Assembly: GCF_036321535.1 (NCBI RefSeq)
Contig: NC_087437.1
Coordinates: 119,166,001 to 119,230,000, forward strand
Length of the DNA stretch: 64,000 bases
Reading direction: 5' to 3'
Origin: Camelus dromedarius
Taxonomy: Eukaryota
Shown: one piece after another, positions 12,352 through 22,900 of the stretch
Layout: each line of letters opens with the position of its first letter
Position numbering within the stretch: the first letter of the stretch is position 1
Made by a program: the position numbers and the translations under genes
Notes under the pieces: model-generated
What the model was told of the DNA's origin: nothing
Databases searched by the model: none
What the model saw: only the letters and a program-made list of their open reading frames with translations

Positions 12352-14180
12352 ACTCATACCACCAATTTTAAAACCCTAGCTTTCACGTTGCCACTTCTAT
12401 TTGCTTTTACTCCCTCCCTGGACGGTGACTTCCTCAAGGGCGACCCCGTCTCACACGATCTCTGTTTTTCTCCAGCTGCTGACCTGTGCGTGACACCCAG
12501 CCAGCACTCACTCCTCGTGGGGACTAAAGCCATGAGTGTCTTCAGGGAGGAGAGCCCTCCTGCTCTCCAGGAAGCCTTTATCACATCCGGTCACGTCTGC
12601 CTCCCTGAAGGTTCACCTCAAACACCACCTCCACAGCAGGCAGCTGCTCTTAAGCACCTACGCATTCGTGGGTGATATGGACGTGTTAATCCTGGAACCC
12701 CAGATTCCTGACCTATAAAATGGAAATTCAAACGCCCACCTCATGTAGTTCCAGGGGAGCATAAAGTGAGAGACCCCCAGTACGTGCCACTCAACAGCCG
12801 ATCCTCTCCCCTCACACTCCCCCATCCTCACTTAAGCCAGCCCAGTGCAGCCTCCCTGCATCCCACTCCTTGTCCAAGCCCCTCTGAATTCCTAGGAGCC
12901 TTTCTGGGGAGGCACGCAGGCCGGCACTTCCTGAATGCTGATTCCACATGCCCTCTGCCCGCTCCCAACCCCGGAGCTTAAAGAACGGAAAGCAGACGAT
13001 GCAAAGTCCACATGAAGATTCAGACTTGCTGAACACAGGTTTTACTGAGCAGGAAGAGAACAGCTGAAAATTTCACCACGGAAGTGAATTCGTTCTAAGG
13101 AAACGAGACAGAGGTGGGTTCCAATTTGCCCTTAAAATGCCGAGGACAAATTACCAGGCTGATTTCCCCCCACACAGCGTGGTGCCTTCTTTCCCTGGGA
13201 ACACCCATGTAAGTGACAAGGTGTCTCACACGGCCTTGTTGGCAAGTCTAACTTGGGGTCTCCTGGCTGGTGGGATCTGCAGGCATGGCTGGGGGCCAGT
13301 CTGGAACAGGGGACGCCGCTGGTCATGGAGCAAAAAGTGAGGAGGGACGCGGCAGAAGAAACAAGTGGAAACCCATTTTTGTGAGCTGCTGAGTGCCCCA
13401 GGGGCCTGAGAGCCGGCTGCCCACCGATGGGAACCCAGCCCACCTGCCAACACCAGCTCCTGGTCGAGGAAGTTCTGAAAGGTGAACAGTGGGGTCTTCA
13501 AAGGCAGCCCCCAAACTGTAGCCAGATCACAGCAGAATCTGGGGTCCCCACAAGGCCCACGGGATCGAGGAATGTGGACACAGGGGGCTGCCCCGGCCCT
13601 CCTCGTGGACTCTGGCCAAGTCCGAGAGGCCCTGTGTGGCCACCTCCCCCCGGCAGCACCTGCCTCCAGTCTGGCCTCTCGAGGAGGGTCCCCCACCCCG
13701 CAAGAGTCCCCAGGGCACACCTGCCGGGAGAGGACACCCAGCCAGGTTTTGAAGTGGCTGCAGGAAGAAAATGAGAGAGGGAGGGAGGGACACAGCTCCA
13801 AGTTTCAGGCTTTTATTCAACTGCACTCTCATATTTACATGTTTGTGTCCTGGGAATAACATCTTTATTAGAAGCATCTGGCCCCTGAAATGTGGGCTCT
13901 AAAGTGGTCCTTTCAGCCCAAGAATGTAGCTCACAGCCACCCTGGGCGGCAGGGCAAGGCAGGAAAGGAGCATCGTGAAGTCTGCTGTCGTGACAAAACT
14001 CCCCATGGCACTCAGGTTGCTCCTTCGGAGAAGGAAGTCCAGTCTCCAGACTTCTGGGGCATGAAGGAAATTTCAACAAGAAATCGCAGACAGTACTGTT
14101 ATTGCAGAAGTGGTAGGAAAATTCTAAGTCTGAGATCCGGCCAATTTTAACCACTGACACTGGGGAAACTTACCTTACCC

Positions 14181-14367
14181 CAATGGTTCTCAAAGTGTGG
14201 TCCCTGGACCAGCAAACAGGAGCACCAGTGGCACCTGGGAATTCCTCATTTCTCGGAAATGCCAATTCTCGGGCACCTCCCCAGGCCTCTCTGGGCGGGG
14301 GCCCCGCACTGCGTGTTTTCACAAACCTCCAGGTTATTCTGATGCAGCTGGAGTCTGAGAACCACTG
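14181..14367. mobile_element. MER5A (hAT-Charlie) DNA transposon
   Basis: Terminal inverted repeats caatggttctca ... tgagaaccactg; internal aaagtgtggtccctggaccagc. Confidence 0.85.
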
Positions 14368-14629
14368 CATAACCTTAAATCTCTGTAAAACTTGTGTGAT
14401 CAGCACAACAAAAAGCAAACAAGCTGACTACAACTGTGATCGCTGGAGGACCAGAGCAGTAACAGGACCAGGAAGCCAGGACTACTGTGAAGTTAGCCGG
14501 GCTCAGGACCACCTGCGTGGCACTCGGTGGACATGGGAAGCAAGGGAGGCTCAGGCCAGATGTTCCCCACGACACCTGGCGGTCACACGCAGCCCCGGAG
14601 GTGACAGCTGTTAGAAACAACCCTAAAGT

Positions 14630-15830
14630 GAGAGGAATCAGTCCACCTGACTCAAGCTTAATTATAAAGCTGCAGTAATGAGGTATTGGTGGTACTTGTC
14701 ACCGGTGGAAGGAGACACACAGATCAGTGGAAGTGGAGAACAGCCCCACACAAACACGCTCAACTGATTCCTGACAAAGGGTAAAGGCAGTTCAGTGCAG
14801 GAAGGACGGTCTTTTCAACAAACGGTGCTGGAAAAACTGGACATCCTGAGGCAAAAAAAATAAAAGAACTGTGACCTACGACCTCACATCTTATACAAGA
14901 TTAACTCATAACGGATTACAGACTTAAAACATAAAACAGTAAAAAAGTGTTTTAAAAAATAGAAAATCTTTGAGATCTAGGGCTAGCCAGTTTTTAGACT
15001 TGTCACCAAAAGCATAGTTTATTAGAGGCAAATTGATCAATGGGACTTGACCAAAATTGAAAAGTTTTGCTCTGCAAAAGACGTTGTGAAGAGGATGAAT
15101 AAAGTAAAGACCAGGAGACATTTTTTGCAAACCACGAATCCCTATCTAGAATATGCAAAGAGCTCTCAAAACTCAACAGCAAACAGCTATTAAAAAAAGA
15201 ATGAAACAACGCCACTTGCAGCAACATAGATGGACGTAGAGATGATCATACTGAGCGGAGTCACACAGAGAAAGACGAATATCATATGATATCACTTATA
15301 TGTGGAATCTAAAAAAAGATACAAATTCTATTTATAAACCAAAAACCAACTCATAGGTATAGAAAACAAACTATGGTTACCAAAGGGGAAAGGGTGGGGA
15401 GGGATACATTAGGGGTTGGGGATTAACAGACACACATTACTGTGTATAAAATAGATAAACAACAAGGACCTACTATATAGCACAGGGAACTGTAATCAAT
15501 TTCTTGTAACAACATAATGAAAGGGAATCTGAAAAGAAAATACTTATGTGCGTATAACTGAATCACTTCGCTGTACACCTGAAACTAACACTGAAAATCA
15601 ACTACACTTCAATAAAAAAATTTTTTTGCAAAACTTCAACAGTAAAAATGCAATCAATCCAATTAGAAAGTGGGCAAAAGACATGAATAGACATGTCACC
15701 AAAGAAAACAGCAGAATGGCAGATAAGCACATGAAAAGATGTCCAACATCATTTGCCGCCAGGGAAACACCAGGCAAAGCCACAAGGAGACGCCACTACG
15801 CACGCGCAGGATGGCGGGACACACGTCGCC
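14630..15830 (+). mobile_element. Old L1M ORF2 3' fragment (host of a nested L1)
   Basis: caactgattcctgacaaagg, tcttttcaacaaacggtgctgg, aagtgggcaaaagacatgaatagaca. Confidence 0.85.
15184..15628 (+). mobile_element. Younger artiodactyl/camelid L1 3' end nested in the older L1
   Basis: aaaagaatgaaacaacgccacttgcagcaacatagatggac ... aatcaactacacttcaataaaaaaa; same family as 56870-57339; TSD-like caaaact(t)caacag(c/t)aaa on both sides. Confidence 0.88.
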
Positions 15831-15839
15831 CCTGCCTCT

Positions 15840-16425
15840 AGCTTGTCTTCATCGTCTTCATGCGGTGCTTTATAGAACACAGGTTTTTAATTTTGACAAA
15901 GTCCAACGTACTGATCTTTCTTTTGATGGACTGTGCCTTTGGGGTCAGATCTAAGGTCTCTGCACCAGCCCTGCCCCTGAGGACTTCCTCTTGTGTTTCT
16001 TAGAAAAGTCTTCAGGGTTTTACCTTTTACATTTCAGTCTACTATCCAATTTGAGTTAATTTTTGTTTAAGACATGAGGCTGGGGTCCAGGTTCATTTTT
16101 TCGCTCCAGACATCCGGCTGCATCAGCACCATTGAGTTGTGTTCACTCCATTGTCAAAAACCAGCTGGCCCTGTGTGTGTGGGTCTGTTTCTGGGTCCTC
16201 CCTCCTGTTCCACTCATCTCTGTGCCCACCCTCCTCCAGCACTACGCTGGTGGGGATCAGTCAATACAGTCTTGATTACCTTTGCTTGGTAATAAGTCTT
16301 AAAATTGGGTAGAGTGGTTCCTCCCACTGTCTTCTTTTTCAAATCTGTTTTAGCTGTTCCCATTCCTTTGCTTTCAGAACAATCTTGCCTATATCCACAA
16401 AAAAAAAAAAAAATCTTACTGGGAT
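15840..16425 (-). mobile_element. Old L1M ORF2 fragment, antisense
   Basis: tttttaattttgacaaagtccaa, ttgagttaatttttgt, aagtcttaaaattgggtagagtggttcctccc. Confidence 0.8.
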
Positions 16426-16429
16426 CCAC

Positions 16430-16615
16430 ATATGTAATTTTGGTGACATTTTATTCAATAGAACATATTCAAAATATTATCATTTCACACATAAAATAAA
16501 AAAAACCATTAATGATTTTTTTCACACTAAGTCTTACATATCTGTGTGTATTTTATACTTGCAGCTGATTTTCATTTGGCTCTGCCACATCTCAAGGGCT
16601 CAGGAGCCAGTCCCA
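16430..16615. mobile_element. MER33-like hAT transposon fragment
   Basis: cactaagtctt...tgtgtgtattttatacttgcagc...gccacatctcaagggctca. Confidence 0.7.
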
Positions 16616-19600
16616 GTCCAGGGGCTCAGGAAATTTTTTTTAAGCAAGAGGGACATTTTCCCACTGGGCACGTACCCTCATGACGATATTGAAAACATTA
16701 AGGGGAAAAATCACGAAAGGTTAAAAGCAAACAAGTGAGAGCAATTTTCAGACATGAGCCGCAAACAGTCCTGAAAGATGCTCTGTGGAGGAGGAGGAGG
16801 GACATCATGGCCAATAAATTTGTGAAACATCTCAGATTCTCATTCTGGAGTCTTGATACACAATGCACTTTAAAGGCCCGGAGAAGTCCCACAATAAGAA
16901 TCTACTGAAATGTGTTTAGCCCAGCAGTTCCTGAATTTATCTGCACACACTGATCAGCGTGCTAGAGACTCGCGGTCCCGAGCAGACTCTGGGTGCGTCA
17001 GAGGGAGGGAAGGGCCGAGCCCTGCTGGGAGAGGACGGACGCCAGGGCCCAGCCGCCGGTGACTGGCAGGGATGACCTCCAGTTAGTGACTTCCCCTCCG
17101 TGGGCCTTGGTTTCCTTGTCCGTACAAAATGAGGGCTGGACTATCTACTCTGAGCTCCCTTCCATCCTGCACAGGCACAATTCTGACGTTCTAGTTCATC
17201 ATTAGGAGCTTCCTGGAAAGGTGCCTGGGAGGTAAGTCCTCGGAGAGGACTTGCGGTGTCTGCAAATGTCATTATTTCAATCTCACATGACAGCAGTCTT
17301 GCCTGGGACACGGTCAGCTTCCTGTAGAAAGTGGGACTCCATCGTCCTTCAGGTTCCAGTGTCCCCGCTGAGGAGTCTGGTGACTTTCTAGCAGGCAAAC
17401 CTTTTGTTTGAGATGCCCCAGCCCCCGGATCTCTTAGACCCACGGTTGCAGCTCCAGTGACCTGAAGGCTCAGCCAGCCTTGATGCTCAGCACGGACTGG
17501 CCTCTTCAGCCTGGCACTCCTGCCCTCTGGACCTCAGATCTTCTTGTGCTATTTCTTTCATAATTTCTCATTTCCTCTTTCTAAACCTCTTAGTTTCACC
17601 AGACAACATCGATTTTTCTGATTTTTCGCATCTGATTCTTTAAGAGGATTTCTGAGCAAGGAGGGTGAGAGAGAGGTCTGCACTCTGCTGTCTTAAAAAT
17701 GGAAACTGAGCTGGCATTGACCTGCTCGGGCTGATAAGAACTCTGACGGGCAGTTACCTTTTTGCTTAACACAAAAGAAGAGGGGAGGTGGTAAGGCCTG
17801 ACTCCTGGGCCCTTGTAAGACAGACAGGATATTTTAAAACTAGGCACCCTGGGAGCTTTGGTGGTGAGAAGATCTCCACACATTCGCAGCCTAAGAGTGG
17901 GAGCACAGTGGGTGGCAGCAGAAGCTGCAGAGAAGAAAGTCCAGAGGGGTCAGATGTGCGGGAGAAAGGGACCCCGGGGGACTGAGGGGGTGGCGGGGGC
18001 AGGATCAATGGACAGAACTGAAGCGGCCTGGTCAGAGCAGGGATTTTGTAAACCTCCTCACTAAAATGGGAGCAAGATTGCATTTACAGTTTTGGTCACA
18101 ATAAAAGGCAAACTTACTATAACCAATTAGCATATATACTTTTTAAACTTACAAAAGACCAAAGGCCTTGAGTTCAAAAACACTGGCAGCACTCCTTCCC
18201 AAAGTCAGACTCCTTATCCAGCAGGTAGGGTCCCTCCTCCCTGGGAGCCAGTGGGGAGGAGCGGTTCTCCGCATTACCCCGTGCAGGCCCCTCGCAGGAT
18301 CGTGACTTAAGGACACTCGACTTGAAACACTTACAACGAGTTTGCCTCCAGCCACACCACGGAGGAAGGCCAGCTTACTGAGGGCTTTCTGATGGCCCCC
18401 TCAGGACACTGGTGCTTCAGCTGGAGAAGCAGATGGTGCTTACCACCGAAAACAAGTCAAGCCCAGCCAACAGCATCTCCCAGGTAAAGAAAGGTGTCGC
18501 CTCTGAGAAGCCTGAGCTTCAATTTCCTGTACGTTTGCAGAAATATGACCCCACAGGCTCTGCGAGACTCCAGGGGAGGACGCAGAGTTGGGCTTCTTCA
18601 GATTTTCTTAGGATGAGAGGCCTCAACTGGGCCGCTGCCATGACCCTGAGCGGCCCCCACCCCATTACAGCCCAGGGTTCCTCTCCACCCCAACTTACCC
18701 ACGACCAGCTTCCCAGCTTCCATGGACCCTTCCTCTTGCTTCTTCTTGCAGAAGCTTCCTACTTCCATCTGTCAAACTCCTTTAAAGTCTAAGCCAAACG
18801 GCCCCTCATCTCTGAAGTCCTCTCGGCCACGCCTGTCACACGGTACACAGGCACGCTGCACCCACTTCCCGACCCCACAGGGGGCCCCACCCCTGCACCC
18901 TCCTTAGTACACCCCTCCCTCTGCTGCAGAGCTACACCCCCGGATTATTCCCACCGGCCTCCAACAGAGCTCGCTCATGAAAACAGACAAAAAAGTTTTC
19001 AACTGCTCACCTTTACTTTAAACAGCTGCAAGCATATTACAAATATTAACTGCTTAAAATAAAACTATTACGTGGCTCTTCTAAATATGCCTATGGGAAT
19101 CAAAGCCCTGCAGTGTGATGTCCCTGCCACCCAGTCACAAGGCACACGGACAAGCTCTTCCTCAACAGTCAGGAGGCTCACAGCACTGCTGTCCCCAGCG
19201 CCGCCTCCCCGGCCCCCACCACTACAGATGCTAAACTCAACGTGACGTACTTGTGCCTGAAGTGACTACTGACCACACTATAATTATGCACATGGATGAA
19301 ATCAGTCTTGGTTTCCTGCGACCGTAAGTTTGTGCTCATTTCTTCTGGACTGAGTTAGTTATCCATCCAATAAGTGGGCCGCCACTGGTCAACACGGAAA
19401 CACCGCACGCACTCGTAAGGGTCACCTGACCGGGAAGCTGTGTCTGAGCAGGTAAACAGGACTTTTCCCCCAATCCATCCACATCTCATGGAATCCCTTT
19501 CAACTCTGTTCCTGTTCTTTGTTTTTATGCAAGTGCAGGAAACCTTGCTCCAATGACAAGGAACTGGAACAGAAGAGCTTCGTCACAGCAACCACTTACC

Positions 19601-22307
19601 CACGACCACATGCCTAGGGTCTCTCATGCCCTGTGGAGTCACTCCCGATGCCCACACATTTGTGGGGACCCAGAGCATCCCACAGCCCACACTGAGACTG
19701 GGAATGGGGGTTGCCTTCTGAATAGTGAGAGGAACCCTTCCTCAGGACCGGAGAACTTAAGGAAGGTGAGGACCAGGACCCTGGGCCCTGGGCAAGGGTT
19801 TCTCCCACCCCAAGGGGCAGTTCGAAGATGACACAGGCACACGCAGCCTTGATTCCCCCGACCACTCCCCAACCTGCACACCTGTTATCCATACCTCCCG
19901 GTGCCCCCTGCCCGCTCTCCAACCAAACCAGCAGCAAGGCCTGCCTCATTTCCCTTTCTGCCTCCACCTAGTTTTGAGGGGAATCTTGTTGGGCCTGGAC
20001 TCTCCACATGGCAGCCACAGAGTTCTCTCTAAAAGGACACAGACCCTGCTCCACCCCTGCCCAAAGAGCCCAAGGATAAACTCTGAATAGAGTACAGCCC
20101 GCGCTGCCCTCCTGCACTTCGCCAACTCAGCCGCCCAAAGCGTGTTGCCACCCCAGGTCCTTTGCACTTGCCATCTGTCTCCCCGTGACACCCTCACCCC
20201 AGATCTCCACTGAGGGCCTCACAGCACTGGTCTCCATTCAAATGCCCCCTGCTCAGACAGACCTTTCTAGTCCCAGCTGCCCAAGTGTGCCCTCCCCTGC
20301 CCTCCTCCATCTGCCATCCTTCCTGCCTTCTTCTCCAGGCTCTAACACTGCCCACCTCCCTCCCTCCCTCTGGAACATTCGGTCCACCAGGCAGGGCCTT
20401 CTCTCTTCTCTGCAACACCCAGCAACTGGTAGCTGCACACTGATTATGTATCTGTTGAACGGACGGCCAATGAACACACGCACACTAATGAGCCCTGGGA
20501 GAGGGGCTGGACAGCGCTCATCACACATCACAGCTGTGAAAGGCAGGCTGAGAAAGTGCGTGAGTCGTTGCTCAGGAGCTCGGCCTCTGAAGTCACACGT
20601 GCAAGAAACAGTTGCCTTCAGTCTCCCTTAAATCTGCTAAATGGGAGGAGTGTTTTTCTCCTGGCCTTCCACACAGACGACAATATCAAAAGAATGATGG
20701 TTGAGAGATACAGCCTAAGCTAACGGAGGTCTTTCTCAGACATAATTATTCCCAGAAAAGCTATTAGCCTTGCAATTGGGGGTGATTTTTGAATTTACGT
20801 ATTGGTCTCCTGGAAAAAATAACTCCTCCTCCTGCTTACAAAATGGGATCTATTATTGTAGTCTTTGTTGGCAACTCTTCTGCAAAAATATGAATCAAGG
20901 TTATCAGGAGAAAAAAACTCTATAAAGGATACATTTTACTGTTTTTCCTTTCAAAATTCAAACTATAGTTCTATTTCCTAACCATTCACCATAGAGCAGT
21001 GATGCTAAGGAAATCCAGAGAAGCAGAGTGGAGCAGTGAAAATGTGGAGAGTGTGAAAACGTCCAGGTCTGAAACAAAATACTGTGTTGGTGTGTGCATG
21101 CCAGGTGGGGGTGGGGAGAGGCTCACTTATAAATACAAAGTGTCTACATCGCCACACTCTGCAGGCAGTTATCACTGTTGCCTTCTAAGATCTGTTACAA
21201 AACCAGTTGCTCATTTACTTTCCATCCTTAAAAATACCTCCAGGAATCAAGTTGGGTTCTCCAAACATATCTGGTGAGTCCAGATTTTATGAGAATGTCT
21301 TAAGCAAAAGTGGTTTTTGTGGGTTGGCAGCTTTAAATACGTACATGGGTCATTGTGTCTCTGATCCACACTTGTTTCTACCATTTTAATCTACCCTTGA
21401 TGGGGAGGCGGCAATTTCTGAGCTTTTGTGGGAAAAAAATCTCATCCACTACATTAAGAGATGAATAAACACACAATAACTATAGGACTATTAAGAGGTG
21501 GGTATCTCCAGAATGCACTTCCACTTTTGTCTTCTCAAACTGACCCTTACCGCGAATACCTGCCCCTCTCGCCAGAGGCCACATGGCCAGCTTGTCCACC
21601 TGTCCGCGCCGGGGGGGGGGGGGGGCGCCCCTTCCCAGCACAGCCACCCACCCCGACAGCGGGCACATGTCACCTGTCCCTGGATTTCACTACCTCGCCT
21701 CTGCCACCCAAGGGTTTACACAAACGGGGCCGAGGGTGCTCTTGGGGGGCCTGGGCAGCCCCATCGCCTGAATCCAGGGATCTGTTTTTCTAACCGCAGG
21801 AGTCCGGGGTCCGGGGAGCCTCCCCGCGCGCCCCTGGGGGCTGGGCCCAGGACGGGGAGCGTGACATCACGAGGGACCGTCGGCGACGAGGGCGCCCGGG
21901 GGCGGGACCGCGGGCCGGGGGCCGGGGGCGGAGGAGCCCCCCGCGCCGCGCCCACGGGCAAGCGCGGCCCGAGGCCCCGCGCCCAGAGCTGGCCGGCCGG
22001 GTGGGCGGAGGGGCCCGCGGCGGGGCCGGCGGCGAGGCCCGCGGCGGGCGGGCGGGCGGGCGGCGCGCAGGGCGATCCCGGAGCGGCTCCGGGAAATCCA
22101 GCCGGGTTTTGACTCCGATCGCCCACGGTGCCCGCAGCCGGCAAATGTAACAAAGAACAGGCGGCATGGCGGCTGGACCGGGGCGGGCGGCGGGCCGGGC
22201 GGGGCCGGGGGCGGCGGGCCGGGCGGGCGCGCGCGGGGGCGGCGGGCCGGGCCAGGCCGGGGCGGCGCGCGCGGGGGCGGGCGGCGGGCGCGGGGCCCGG
22301 GCTTTAC

Positions 22308-22409
22308 CTGCCTTTGGAATGTGCAGAGCGGGATCGGATCCGGACTCCGGGTTGCGATCCGCTCCGGAAACTGCGCAGCACCGGAAGCCGCGGGGCGGCG
22401 GCGGGGCAT
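22308..22409 (-). other. PRDM15: PRDM15 exon 1 (5'UTR or N-terminal extension; 5' end uncertain)
   Basis: Strong donor CAG|gtaaag at 22308/22307 inside the CpG island; the ORF MPRRRPAASGAAQFPERIATRSPDPIPLCTFQRQ matches the N-terminus I recall for long human PRDM15 annotations. Confidence 0.82.
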
Positions 22410-22424
22410 TGTGGGAGTTGTAGT
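22406..22424 (-). promoter_or_regulatory. ZNF143/THAP11 (SBS, ACTACAnnTCCCAnnATGC) promoter element
   Basis: Minus strand reads ACTACAACTCCCACAATGC, a full match to the extended motif. Confidence 0.85.
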
Positions 22425-22431
22425 TCTCTAC

Positions 22432-22900
22432 GGGCGGCGCGGGCGGCGTGGACGCGGGAGCCGGCTAGAGGGCGGCGTGGACGCGGAGCCGGCGGCTTGG
22501 GCCGGGAAGCGGACGGCCTGGACGGGGAAACGGGCGATGAGGAGGGGGAACAGTGGAGCGGACCGCACGGACCGGGAGCGGGCGAGAGGGCGGCGTGGAC
22601 GCGGAAGCGGGCGGTGTGGACGGGGAGCGGGTGAGAGGGCGGCTGGACCCGGAGCGGCAGCCTGGACGGGGAAGCAGGCGGTGTGGACGAGAGAGCGGAG
22701 GAGCGGTGGGAGTGGACGGGGAAATGGGCGATGTGGAGGGGGAACGGGGAAGCGGGCAGCACGGACCGGGAGCGGGCGGGAGGGCGGCGTGGACAGGGAA
22801 GCGGAAGGCATGGACCGGAGAGCAGCAGGGCGCGGGTCGTATGGACGGAGAAGGCGCACAGACGGCTGGAGCAGGAGCGGATGCGGAGGATAGGGGAGGG
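22432..22900. repeat. GC-rich degenerate tandem repeat upstream of PRDM15 exon 1
   Basis: Recurring tggac(g/c)(c/g)ggaagcgggcggcg monomers; block 22520-22610 is repeated at 22713-22803. Confidence 0.85.

Noticed and set aside
12812..13036. Peptides faintly like segments of the legacy long human PRDM15 sequence (EGMWNQHSGSA here; PADLVRRL near 10790-10815)
   Set aside because: Similarity is patchy and from memory, and I could not define splice sites that join them in frame; most likely neutral orthologous intron
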